Shown here piece by piece: positions 1 through 9,700 of a DNA stretch of 64,000 nucleotides. Every line of letters begins with the position of its first letter. Positions within the stretch are counted from its first letter, which is position 1. The notes under the pieces were generated by a model. The model worked only from the letters and a program-made list of their open reading frames with translations, did not search any database and had not been told where the DNA came from. The translations under genes and the position numbers were made by a program. The DNA comes from a virus: the IMG/VR virus record IMGVR_UViG_3300043570_000570, positions 32,001 to 96,000 of that record. The stretch is one strand, 5' to 3'.

Positions 1-2236
1 CTGCTTGTTTTTCTGCAGACTGAGCATCACTTGCTTGAGCCATTTGATTGTTATATACTTTATCAAAAGCATTCAAGTTTATTTGATCTGCTTGAAATTT
101 CATCTGAGCATTGGCTTGATCTGTATTAGCCCTACTCTGCATGTCATAGTTTTCTCCAGTTTCTGAAATTTTTTGCTTAGCATCTAACCCTGCAATATAA
201 ACATCTAAAGGATCTGCTCCTGCTCTTATTGCAGCTGTACCTGAATTATCTACGTTTTGCATCTGACTACGAGTATTATAAGTTTGAGAACGAAGATAAG
301 GAGAATCGACTTCAGGAATACCATAAGCATATTTTTCTTGTGCTCGAGCAAGTCCCATGAGTTCAGGAATAGCTTGATACAAAGGAAATTTACCTGCAGT
401 ATATTGTCCTCTTGGAGCAGTACCTGATTGATTGAATGTTATTTCTCCTGGATCTACTGGAGCATTTTCATACTGATAGTCCATACCATCCTCTCTACTT
501 TTTAATCTTAACATTTCTCCAATAGTAGTATTTCCTATAATTCCATCAGCTTTTGATATAGCTTTTCCTTTATACATATCATCGTACACACCTTGAGGAG
601 TAAGATCAACGTCAGCTAAAACATCTTTAAATTCTGGATTGTCTTTTAAATCTGCTAAATCTAAATAAGATTGTTGGAAAGTAGTACCTTGCTCCGTGCT
701 TAGGGGAGTCATACCTAGTTTCGTTGCTATCTGATTGTATATTTTATTCTTCATCCCTCCTGATGTTCTATCAAGATCTTCTGTTTTAATATCTAGATTA
801 GGATCATTTTTAGCAGCTTCTTTAATTGTGTAAAATTGTTTTTGAGCATTCATAAAGTTATCCATGAATTGATCTTTAGTGATATCTTCATTAGGATTTC
901 TTTCTTTGTATTTAGCATACATTGCATCTTTAACTTTAGCAAACTCTGGACGATTAAAAGTGCTACTTAATTCATCAAAGTTTGTATTGTAGTCTCCAAG
1001 AGTAGTTTTCTTATTAGCCGCAGTTACTTTCATAGGTCTATTGTTTTCTCCCATGACATAGTCTCCTACCTGAATAGAAGGATCTCCTTGTTTTTTAATA
1101 GTAACTCCTGCAGGAACTTTATACTTAACTCCTCCATCTTCCATCTGTAAAGTTTGCGCTTCTTGAACATTTCCCCCATACTGCATTTCTGCAAGTATTT
1201 TATCTTGCACACTTTGAGGAAGTGCCTTGAAGCCTGCATTGTTAATGCTTGCACCATTTCTTGACATTAATTCTCCATTAGAATTTCCATTAAGAGCCTG
1301 TTGATCATTAAACAAACTATCAAGTATTTTCTGGTTACGTTGCATCATAATACCAGCAGTATCTTTATCTACTTGTTTAGCAAAAGGATTATCAAGAGTC
1401 TTCTTATATGATGTGATGTCATAGTTCTTAGCCATTTGAGCAAAGGTCTTTTTAGAACCTTCGGGCTTCAGACTGTTAGAATATACACGAGTTTCATCAG
1501 GAAGGTTTGTAGGTATCCCTCCACGCTCGTGAGAAGGGCCTGTAGCTATTTCTGTTTCAAAGTTTGGAAGTTGGATAAACTCTCCACCCTCAATCTCTAC
1601 GTTATTGCCCCCACCAGAAGAATAACGTTTGTTTATTTGTGCACCCATTTCTGCTGTAATTACATTTTTTCTTCCTGTACCTCCACTACTAGTACGACCA
1701 TACATATAGTTGTAATCGTAAAGAGGCTTAGAGTTTCGTTGTTGTATTGATTGGTTTACTGTACGGTCGTTTTTTAAATCTTGATTATAAGCAAAGGCTG
1801 AGTCTACCGCTAGTAATCCTAATGTAGGCAAATAATTTGGTTCAGTATCTTTTGTATCTTCAGGCTTTGTTTGACCTTCATTTGCTTTAGTACCTGTATT
1901 ACTATAAAGAAAATTAAGAGTTTTAGAAGCATCATTAAATGTTCCAGGCTCATAAGTAGTTCCTTCTGAAGTAATTGTACCTTCAGGCATTAAAGAACTT
2001 CTGTAACTTCCTTTAGGAGCAAAGGGTTTACCTAGTGTATTAGAATTACGTTGAGCAAAGTCTTTTTGTAATACAGCATTTAATTCTTCTGCTGTAGGGA
2101 TATTTAGATTTCCTTCGTTAGTAATTTGTTCTACTTGAGGAGAAACAAGATTATTAGGGGAAGTACTAATACCTTTATTAGGAATATCATCTATTCCTCC
2201 AGTGCCAAATTTTTTGTAAAGCGAGTATCGTAACAT
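1..2236 (-). CDS. Virion cargo/ejected protein (runs off the left edge, >745 aa; not in the ORF track)
   Basis: Hand translation from ATG at 2236: MLRYSLYKKFGTGG...NVEIEGGEFIQLPN...GPSHERGGIPTNLP...MQYGG...MEDGG, open to position 1. The EGGE/GPSHExGG motif is typical of crAss-like internal virion proteins; gene lies downstream of the tail genes. Confidence 0.7.
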   Translation of the reverse strand, partial: MLRYSLYKKFGTGGIDDIPNKGISTSPNNLVSPQVEQITNEGNLNIPTAEELNAVLQKDFAQRNSNTLGKPFAPKGSYRSSLMPEGTITSEGTTYEPGTFNDASKTLNFLYSNTGTKANEGQTKPEDTKDTEPNYLPTLGLLAVDSAFAYNQDLKNDRTVNQSIQQRNSKPLYDYNYMYGRTSSGGTGRKNVITAEMGAQINKRYSSGGGNNVEIEGGEFIQLPNFETEIATGPSHERGGIPTNLPDETRVYSNSLKPEGSKKTFAQMAKNYDITSYKKTLDNPFAKQVDKDTAGIMMQRNQKILDSLFNDQQALNGNSNGELMSRNGASINNAGFKALPQSVQDKILAEMQYGGNVQEAQTLQMEDGGVKYKVPAGVTIKKQGDPSIQVGDYVMGENNRPMKVTAANKKTTLGDYNTNFDELSSTFNRPEFAKVKDAMYAKYKERNPNEDITKDQFMDNFMNAQKQFYTIKEAAKNDPNLDIKTEDLDRTSGGMKNKIYNQIATKLGMTPLSTEQGTTFQQSYLDLADLKDNPEFKDVLADVDLTPQGVYDDMYKGKAISKADGIIGNTTIGEMLRLKSREDGMDYQYENAPVDPGEITFNQSGTAPRGQYTAGKFPLYQAIPELMGLARAQEKYAYGIPEVDSPYLRSQTYNTRSQMQNVDNSGTAAIRAGADPLDVYIAGLDAKQKISETGENYDMQSRANTDQANAQMKFQADQINLNAFDKVYNNQMAQASDAQSAEKQA

Positions 2237-2299
2237 GTTTTAATTATTTATGTTATTAACATAGAAAGTTAATAACTGCTTGAGTTTAAGCTAGTTATA

Positions 2300-2329
2300 C
2301 AAATATACAAGATTAAGATAAAAAAGCAA
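2300..2329 (-). promoter_or_regulatory. Bacteroidota housekeeping-type promoter (TTG-N19-TATATTTG)
   Basis: + strand CAAATATA 2300-2307 and CAA 2327-2329, upstream of ATG 2236. Confidence 0.65.
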
Positions 2330-2340
2330 GGGTTGATTTC

Positions 2341-2493
2341 TCAACCCTGACCTCTACTTTTCTTGAGATAATTTTTGCTAGACTTTGACTTAGATGCCTT
2401 AGTCTTTGCTACAACTCCTTTTCTTCTTACCTTAGGTTTAACCTTAAACTTTGAAGATGAAGATGTATTTGATTTAGATGCTTTAGCTGCCAT
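2341..2493 (-). CDS. 50-aa Lys/Ser-rich basic protein (not in ORF track)
   Basis: MAAKASKSNTSSSSKFKVKPKVRRKGVVAKTKASKSKSSKNYLKKSRGQG*, A-rich leader, no acidic residues. Confidence 0.65.
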   Translation of the reverse strand: MAAKASKSNTSSSSKFKVKPKVRRKGVVAKTKASKSKSSKNYLKKSRGQG

Positions 2494-2524
2494 ATATTTA
2501 GTTTTAGTTTTTTAGTATTTTAGT

Positions 2525-3097
2525 TTAGCACTTCCAACGTTTACGTGCTTGACGTATTCTGCTGTTAGGATCATTCTGTGTAGCCTGTGAAGATCCACGT
2601 AGTTGTCCTAATGAACGAGCACAATAAGATTTTCTACGACCAGCTGCTTTGCTGCCTGCTTTAACCTTACCTGTTACTGCTGTGCTTAAGTTAGATCCAG
2701 GGTTTGCTCTACGATAAGCCATAACTCCTTTTTGAGTCATGCCTGCTCCTGACTTAGTAGGACGATAGTTTGCTCCTGGTCCTTTAGTAGTCTTTGCAAT
2801 AGTTCCTCCTTTAGCCATGTAAGCAGCTTTAAGTCTTCCTCCTGACATAAACTTGTATCCGTACTTAGAAGCATCTTGTCTAGCCTCAGATACGTTTCCT
2901 TTATTAGCTGCTACAAATCTTGCCTTAGCAACACTAGTAGGCATCTTACCGCCATCAGCCATTTCACGTTTAATCTTACGTTCTTGCTTAAGCATTTCTG
3001 GAGTAGGTTTCTTGCCTGAGCCTCTCTTTGCACGGATGTTATCCCACAATCCTCTTTGTGAGTAAGATCCATCTTTACGTTTTATCATCTGTTTCAT
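2525..3097 (-). CDS. Basic virion-associated protein with DUF6321-like C-terminus
   Basis: RRKSYCARS...DPNSRIRQARKRWKC C-terminus; three (M/F)xxGG motifs. Confidence 0.6.
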   Translation of the reverse strand: MKQMIKRKDGSYSQRGLWDNIRAKRGSGKKPTPEMLKQERKIKREMADGGKMPTSVAKARFVAANKGNVSEARQDASKYGYKFMSGGRLKAAYMAKGGTIAKTTKGPGANYRPTKSGAGMTQKGVMAYRRANPGSNLSTAVTGKVKAGSKAAGRRKSYCARSLGQLRGSSQATQNDPNSRIRQARKRWKC

Positions 3098-5307
3098 TTT
3101 TTTACTTTTGATTTAGCTAAGAATGAAGTTAGGTCATACTTTACTTTTTCTCTATCGAACTGTTTTGATAGTTGGTTAGCCAACTTTAATCTGTTGGGTT
3201 TACTTTCTACTCTACGAAGAATACTTGCTACTCCGTTAACCATGTCTTTATCATCACTGTGGTCTATCTTGCCTCCTCTTTCATAAGTACTAAAAGGTAA
3301 ATACTTACTAAATGAAGAAGCATTTTTTTGACCTTCTGATTGATCCTTTATATAATCAATAGCTTTTTTTTGGTCTGGAAATAAACTAGTTTTTCCTCGA
3401 CCTAAAAAAGTATTCTCTCCCTGACGTAGTTGATTTACTCTATTTGCATTTAATATACCTTCTGATGTATTATACATAAAAGGAGCAGTAGACATAGTGT
3501 TGTAATCCATTTCTGTTAGTTTACCTGTCCGCATCCTATCAATAGCACCATCTCCCAAAACACTAGCAAATTCTTGATCGGTTAATTTACCTTTTCCCAT
3601 ACTCATAATTCGTGCTTCCTCTGGCATACCCTCCGCAAACTGTTGTTTCATTTTATACTCAGGAAGGCGATCTCGCATCATTCTTACAGGCTCTACTTCA
3701 CCTTTAAAATAATTTTTAGTTACAAATCCTTCTCCCTGAGGAGTCTTTAAATTGTTCACGTAAAATTCAGAACCACGTAAATCATCTAATGCCCATCTAC
3801 CTGTAAGATCATTAGGTGTTGCTGCTTTATTAAAGTTTGCATGTTCTGTTCTATATACATTTTTATAAGTAGGCAGTGCAGGTTTACCTGCAATTTTAGA
3901 AGTTTGTACTACATCGTCAGCATATTTAGAAACTCCCTTGAGTATCGAACTACCAAAAGGTTTAATTGCTTTAGCAGCTGGTATAACTTGAAGTGCATTC
4001 ATACCAGCATTTAACAAATCGCTCCCGGCTTCAGCAAAATTACCTTGTGCAACATTAGATACAGCAGATCCTGTATTGCCTACTAAATCAGTTGCTGCAA
4101 ATGCAAGTGAAGCAGGATTAACCATATCTAATACATGGTCTAATGGATCAGCAGAACCTTTACGTTGTTCTGCCTGAGATACAAAGGAAGTAGCTTCTCT
4201 AGCTTTTTCATAATCAGATTTAACTTTACCTTGAGTAACACTACCAACTTTCCTTGCATACTGAGCAGCTTCTGCTGCTTTTCTATTAGCTAAGTCAGGA
4301 GTACTTACTTTAGTGTTATCACTATAGCCAGCATTACCTGCAGGACTAGTTCTCATGTAAGGTTTATCAACAATAGGAGTCCAGCCAGACCATCCTCCAT
4401 TATCCATCCGTGTAAGTGGGTAAGTAGGAGTGTTTTGTTGCACTTTAAAAGGTCCTGCAGTAGGCAAATCATTAGGACTGAAAGAGTAAACATTACCTGA
4501 AGGATCCATAGCATGTGAGTATCCTGCAGCTTTATCCCCCCTAATAGCCATGCTAGCAGTTGGATGATCCATAGCTTTTAACATTTTTCCAGTTTGAGGA
4601 TGTCTAGAATATGCATGATATAACCCATCATCTTCCTTAAGTTGAGAATAATCAAAACCAATAGGTCTTTTTAATGAATCCCAATATCCTCTTATGTCAT
4701 ACTGAGAAGTATCACTTTGTAAATTAGAAGGAAGAGTTTTATAAAATTTTTGAAATTCTGTTTCTTCTTTAGGAGTTAAAGAAGTTAATCCTCCATTAGG
4801 CATTATGGGTCTATTAGGATTAGGTCTCATAACCACTTGAGCATTGTCCCTTTGAGGAACTCTCATAGTATTATTATTGTTAACACTAAACTCGTTAACT
4901 GTACCTGCTACTCTTGTAATAGGTTTTATTGTATTGTTAACTCTATTAACTGTTCTGCTAGCTTGAGCAGCACCTATAGCTAAATTACTATAAGGTCTAA
5001 TTCGATTTGCTACTCTAGCTACTCCCATTAATCCTTTAGCAGTTCCTCCTGTTACTATATTTAAAGCGTCTAATCCTGCTCCCATGTAATCACCTTGAGC
5101 AATATTGGATGCAGCACTAGCACCTGAAGCATACATACCTATAGGCCCAGGAATATAACTAGCTGCTTCTACAGCCATACCGAATCCTGTACTTCCCCCA
5201 TTAGGCATCTTACGCTTCTTAGAATTCTTATATGCACCCTTAAGTCTTGAACCTGTAGGTGCATTAGAATTTGCAATTATAGAACCGTTAACCCCTGGGA
5301 CAAACAT
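3094..5307 (-). CDS. Modular virion cargo protein with pre-toxin(TG)-like helical segments
   Basis: 737 aa; modules separated by MPNGG/MDNGG/YERGG; two IPG..AS..A..NxAQGx(Y/F)..AG.D.LN segments. Confidence 0.5.
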   Translation of the reverse strand: MFVPGVNGSIIANSNAPTGSRLKGAYKNSKKRKMPNGGSTGFGMAVEAASYIPGPIGMYASGASAASNIAQGDYMGAGLDALNIVTGGTAKGLMGVARVANRIRPYSNLAIGAAQASRTVNRVNNTIKPITRVAGTVNEFSVNNNNTMRVPQRDNAQVVMRPNPNRPIMPNGGLTSLTPKEETEFQKFYKTLPSNLQSDTSQYDIRGYWDSLKRPIGFDYSQLKEDDGLYHAYSRHPQTGKMLKAMDHPTASMAIRGDKAAGYSHAMDPSGNVYSFSPNDLPTAGPFKVQQNTPTYPLTRMDNGGWSGWTPIVDKPYMRTSPAGNAGYSDNTKVSTPDLANRKAAEAAQYARKVGSVTQGKVKSDYEKAREATSFVSQAEQRKGSADPLDHVLDMVNPASLAFAATDLVGNTGSAVSNVAQGNFAEAGSDLLNAGMNALQVIPAAKAIKPFGSSILKGVSKYADDVVQTSKIAGKPALPTYKNVYRTEHANFNKAATPNDLTGRWALDDLRGSEFYVNNLKTPQGEGFVTKNYFKGEVEPVRMMRDRLPEYKMKQQFAEGMPEEARIMSMGKGKLTDQEFASVLGDGAIDRMRTGKLTEMDYNTMSTAPFMYNTSEGILNANRVNQLRQGENTFLGRGKTSLFPDQKKAIDYIKDQSEGQKNASSFSKYLPFSTYERGGKIDHSDDKDMVNGVASILRRVESKPNRLKLANQLSKQFDREKVKYDLTSFLAKSKVKK

Positions 5308-5309
5308 AC

Positions 5310-6287
5310 TTATGGACGAATTGAATTATATAACTTAGCTTCAGCTAGTATATTATTTAAAGTTTTTCTTGCTTTACTCATTTTATCTTTGGCTTTCTTA
5401 AGCTTGCCTACATTAGCAAAAGCTTCCGTAACTTCAGCAGGTTCTGCTACTTTAGAAAGTTGTTCTGGATTTATTGCAGTTTGTTTTAAGTTACTAGCAT
5501 TAGACATGCCAGAGTTAGTGTTAGCTGTTGCTCTTGCGTTGTTTTCTGCCATAGCTTTATCCCATTGTTGTGGGGTATAATTCCAAGTTTCTGAAGAAGC
5601 CGTAGCAGTATTCTTAGCAGCAGGTTGAACTTTATTTTCAACTTGAGTTCCTGCTGTTTTTGATTTAATGTAAGACTCATAAGCAGCTTGAGTTTTAGGA
5701 CCCCAAGCACCATCTGTTGCAATATCAAAACCTTTACCACGAAGCATTTCTTGATATGCTCTTACTTTCTCAGTGCCTCCTCTAGCAAGAGGAGTTTTAG
5801 CAGCAGAAGTAGCAGCAGTTGCTGGAGCAACTACAGCAGCATTAGCTACAGGACGAGCTGCATTCTCTGCTTGAGCTTTATCCCAAGTAGATTCATTGTA
5901 CCAGTTTGCAGGACTTTCAATAGTGTTAGGAGCAACAGGCATGCCCATAGAAGACTCGGCAGTAATACCTTTAGGCTCAATAGCCATTACATCTTTTCTT
6001 GCTTCTTTAAGATCTCTTTTAGATACTGTCATACCATCTTCTCCCTTACGCATTCCTGCAAGAGTCTTAGCCAAGTTAGCTCTCTTAACAGTAGTAGAAG
6101 AGTAAGCGCCTTTATTGCTTAGTACCTTATTACGAAATGCAGGTACAGACATACCAGCTCTATTAGCTTGAGCTGTAAAAGATCCTGGTTTCTTAATAGC
6201 ACCTTTGATCCAGTTACCTCCAGATTTCATTTTTATCTTACCTCCGCAATTCATGCAGCCAGAGTAAGAATTCTTTAAACGATTCAT
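5310..6287 (-). CDS. Virion cargo protein with peptidoglycan-binding domain
   Basis: VRAYQEMLRGKGFDIATDGAWGPKTQAAY matches the PG_binding_1 pattern; basic N-terminus NWIKGAIKKPGSFT...KRANLAKTL. Confidence 0.6.
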   Translation of the reverse strand: MNRLKNSYSGCMNCGGKIKMKSGGNWIKGAIKKPGSFTAQANRAGMSVPAFRNKVLSNKGAYSSTTVKRANLAKTLAGMRKGEDGMTVSKRDLKEARKDVMAIEPKGITAESSMGMPVAPNTIESPANWYNESTWDKAQAENAARPVANAAVVAPATAATSAAKTPLARGGTEKVRAYQEMLRGKGFDIATDGAWGPKTQAAYESYIKSKTAGTQVENKVQPAAKNTATASSETWNYTPQQWDKAMAENNARATANTNSGMSNASNLKQTAINPEQLSKVAEPAEVTEAFANVGKLKKAKDKMSKARKTLNNILAEAKLYNSIRP

Positions 6288-6303
6288 ATTGTTTTGTTTT
6301 ATT

Positions 6304-6699
6304 TTAAGTTAGTGTTAGTAAGTATAGAGTCTCAGTAATAAGACCAATAATCTCATCAATGATGTTTTGGATGTGAGTGTTTTCCATACCCAGTACTCCT
6401 CTGTGTTTGAAGACGTAATCTTTCATGTAGGTTAAGTGAGTCTTAGAGTTCATGTATTCAGATGCAGGGATCTTAATGTTAAGACGTTTTCCTACAGTAC
6501 CAAAGTACGATTCAGTAAGCGAATCAATAAGGTCAAGAATTCCATCATAATAAGAATTCAAAGCTTTGTGTTCTGAAAACGAAGTACTTTGAAGGTGAGT
6601 CAAGTGCATCATATCACGTGACTGAAACAATTGGCCGATAAAAATCTCAGGTTTAATTGTTGTGAATAATTCTTTTTCTTTCATGTTGAAATTGCTCAT
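6304..6699 (-). CDS. Ferritin/Dps-like four-helix protein (DUF5856-like)
   Basis: HLTHLQSTSFSEHKALNSYYDGILDLIDSLTE...IQNIIDEI...TLYLLTL pattern. Confidence 0.7.
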   Translation of the reverse strand: MSNFNMKEKELFTTIKPEIFIGQLFQSRDMMHLTHLQSTSFSEHKALNSYYDGILDLIDSLTESYFGTVGKRLNIKIPASEYMNSKTHLTYMKDYVFKHRGVLGMENTHIQNIIDEIIGLITETLYLLTLT

Positions 6700-6717
6700 G
6701 GTTTGGTTAGAGTTTAA

Positions 6718-9700
6718 TTATGGATTGGTTTGTGTTATTTGTATGGTGTTGATAAACTTAAATCTAGAGTAAGCATCTTGTATAAGTCTTATCTTAGCAA
6801 AGTCTGATTTAATTTTATTCTTCTGATAAGATACAGACACAGGTCTTACACTTTTTGTATTTGGAACCTTATCAATTGGATACTGAGTTACTAGATCTCC
6901 CCATTGAGTTGACCAAAGTGGTTGTCCATTTCCTTGCGCTGCAACGTTCCAAAATCCATTAAAGGTATAAAGCTGTTCTCTGCGAGAGATAAGAGCTTCT
7001 ATGCCCGTTGCTGTCATTCTAGGATAGGTTATCTTTTGTCTAGTGTTACCGAACTCTTCAGGAATCAACTTAATAATACCAGAAGACTGTTCTTTGTTAT
7101 AAATAATCGCCTTAGTAAAGTTTGCTAAGTTCTTTTTGTTTGCGGTAGACAAAGAGTAGTACTCATAATCAGAGTAGTATTCTTGAATGTCTTGCATCAA
7201 AGTAACAGAGTTGACTGTAGATACTTGAGGGAATGAATTTACATTATACTCTAGTATGTAAGGATACAAAATTCCGTAGTAAGTCTGATAAGTATAAACA
7301 GACAAATTATGATTCCAAATACTTGAACCTGTTCCTGTATTAATGATAGTTTGAAAGTGACCTAACAAAGGAACAAAGAAGTTAGGAAGGAAAGAATAGA
7401 ATGAAATAAAGTTTTTAAGTTTAGGAGAGTAGGCTACTGTCCAAGACTTATTCTCAAAGTATGTTGGATTAGTTAACTGAACTTCTATTCTTAAGTTTAT
7501 TTCTTGGTAATAAAATTTACGATCCTCATAAGTTATAATACCCACTAGATCTTTACGTGCTAGATAATCTAGTTTAGTAATAAACACTCTTTCATATCTT
7601 TCATCCCATCCCATTACAATGCCTAATCCTGATTGTGGATTATCTATGTCTGCATCAGGAAAGTCCTTAAGGATATTAAAAGGTAAATTATTTTTAAACC
7701 AGTTAAAGTTATTCTCTGTTTTAATCTCGTTAAACCCTTCTCCTGTAATTTGATAAATGTGACCACGCTTAGCGTCTACCCAGAATGTTCCGAACTCGCA
7801 CTTAACATAAGCTTTGTGTTGAGTTCCTATGTAACCTAGATCTGTCTTAGAAAGTTCTACAGGTTTTTGTTTGAACATTTCTGCATTACCAATCTCTAAC
7901 TGATAAGGAGAGGTAGTGCTTAGGGTAATACGAGAGTTGTATACTTTAGTTGTATTTTCAAATCTAGCATATACTCTTTCGTTCTCTCCTGCATTCAAAT
8001 CTATTAAGCGACCTCCTTGTTTAGGAAAATCATAAAAATTACCAGGACGGAATACTCTCCAAGCATCTGAAAGATAGTTAGAAGCATTTGCAGGATCTGA
8101 ATAGATAACTCTGTTCTGATGGTAGGTAAGACACTCTAAAGAAGGATACTTTAATCTGTAAGGTAAGTTAGGACTTAAGTTCTGTGCAGAGTAAGTAGCA
8201 TTGTAGCTGTAGAAGTTGTCAAACTTAATAGGTACGTTTACTTCATGCAACCAATCATCAGGAATACCATCTCCTACGTTAGGGTAGAAGTTTTCTTCTA
8301 GATCATTTCTTCCATGACGTAAGTCTACGTTAATATCAGACTCTACATAAAATACAGGAATACCATAAGACGCTGTATAGAATACTCCCTTTTGATAAAA
8401 AAATCTATTAGGATCTGCATCTAAGTTATTTTTCTTTACGAACAAACTGTATATAGATGCCAGTGTTCCTGAGATAAATGCATTAAGTGTTACTCCACTA
8501 GTTGCTCCTCCAAATACTGCAGGAGACGCCAATAGTGTAGTTAACGCTGCTCCTACTCCTGTAGCAAGACTTGAAGCAATTCCCGCATTTATTTCTTCAG
8601 GAGACTCTCCTATATAATACGTAGGATATCCTAAGTTAGGATAAAGCCAATAATCAAAAGGAACATTATTTACTTTAGCAGGAAGGTTCGCTAAGTTACG
8701 AGTAAAGAAAGAATGTTTACGTTTAAGAGCAAACTTATTAATATAAGTATCTCCGCCAAATGCAGGATAATACTTCTTAAGAATCTTTGCTGTGCCATTT
8801 AAACTTGTAGTTACATCAACAATGTATCCTGTAGATACATATCTAATGTTTTCTATCTGTCCATACTGATTTGGAAACTCACGTTTAATAGAAGCATAGT
8901 AAGCTCTTGTATCGCTTTCTGTTACTTTTTCTGGAGTGTCTTCTAGATTATTTTCTCCTATTGTATAACGACTAGTATCTTGAATAAAAGGATACTCATA
9001 AGAAAAACCAGCACTTGTCTTAAGGTAAACTGAAGTCTCTCTTAGGCGATTATGTAAAGGTCTATCATCGTTTAATTCTACTATCTTATCATTAGCGTAT
9101 AATCCAATATCTAAGAAACGTCTTCTGTTACCCCTAGTAGTGATAGGTCTAAAACTTGTGTACTTACCTACTGAGTTAAACTGATAAGCAAAGTTTGTAT
9201 TAGGAATCAGTCTTTCTATTAAATCTATAAATATTTGATTGTTGGTTAGGATTGAAAGACCATCTGTTTTTAATTTAGTATTAGGATCAACTGCAGAAGC
9301 TGTAGTTTCAAAGGCTAAAGAAAGTGCATCTGCTAAAACAGCAGACAAACCGTAATCAGCTTTGGTTAAGAATTTATACTGAGGATGATCTAATACAGGC
9401 ATAAACTTTCCTTGCACTTTACCAAACTCTAATGTTTCTATTTTAAGTTCTGTTCCAATCTTAGGAAGTTGGAAGTGTGTGTCAGGTGAGTGAAATGTGT
9501 ATCTAGATCCAATAGTGTTAAATCCTTTGTGGGGACCCATTCCTGGGATGTTGTCATTCTTTTCTCCTCTGTCTGCTGCGTTGTACCAATCTGGACTAGA
9601 CTTAATATAACCATCTTCCCTGATATCATTGTAAGGATAGTTAGGATAGTAAAACTTCTTACCAGATTCAACATCTTCAAAAGTTCCTACATCATAAATA

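Noticed and set aside
1066-1750. Track ORFs 1066-1257 and 1436-1750
   Set aside because: They lie within the long minus-strand ORF 1-2236.
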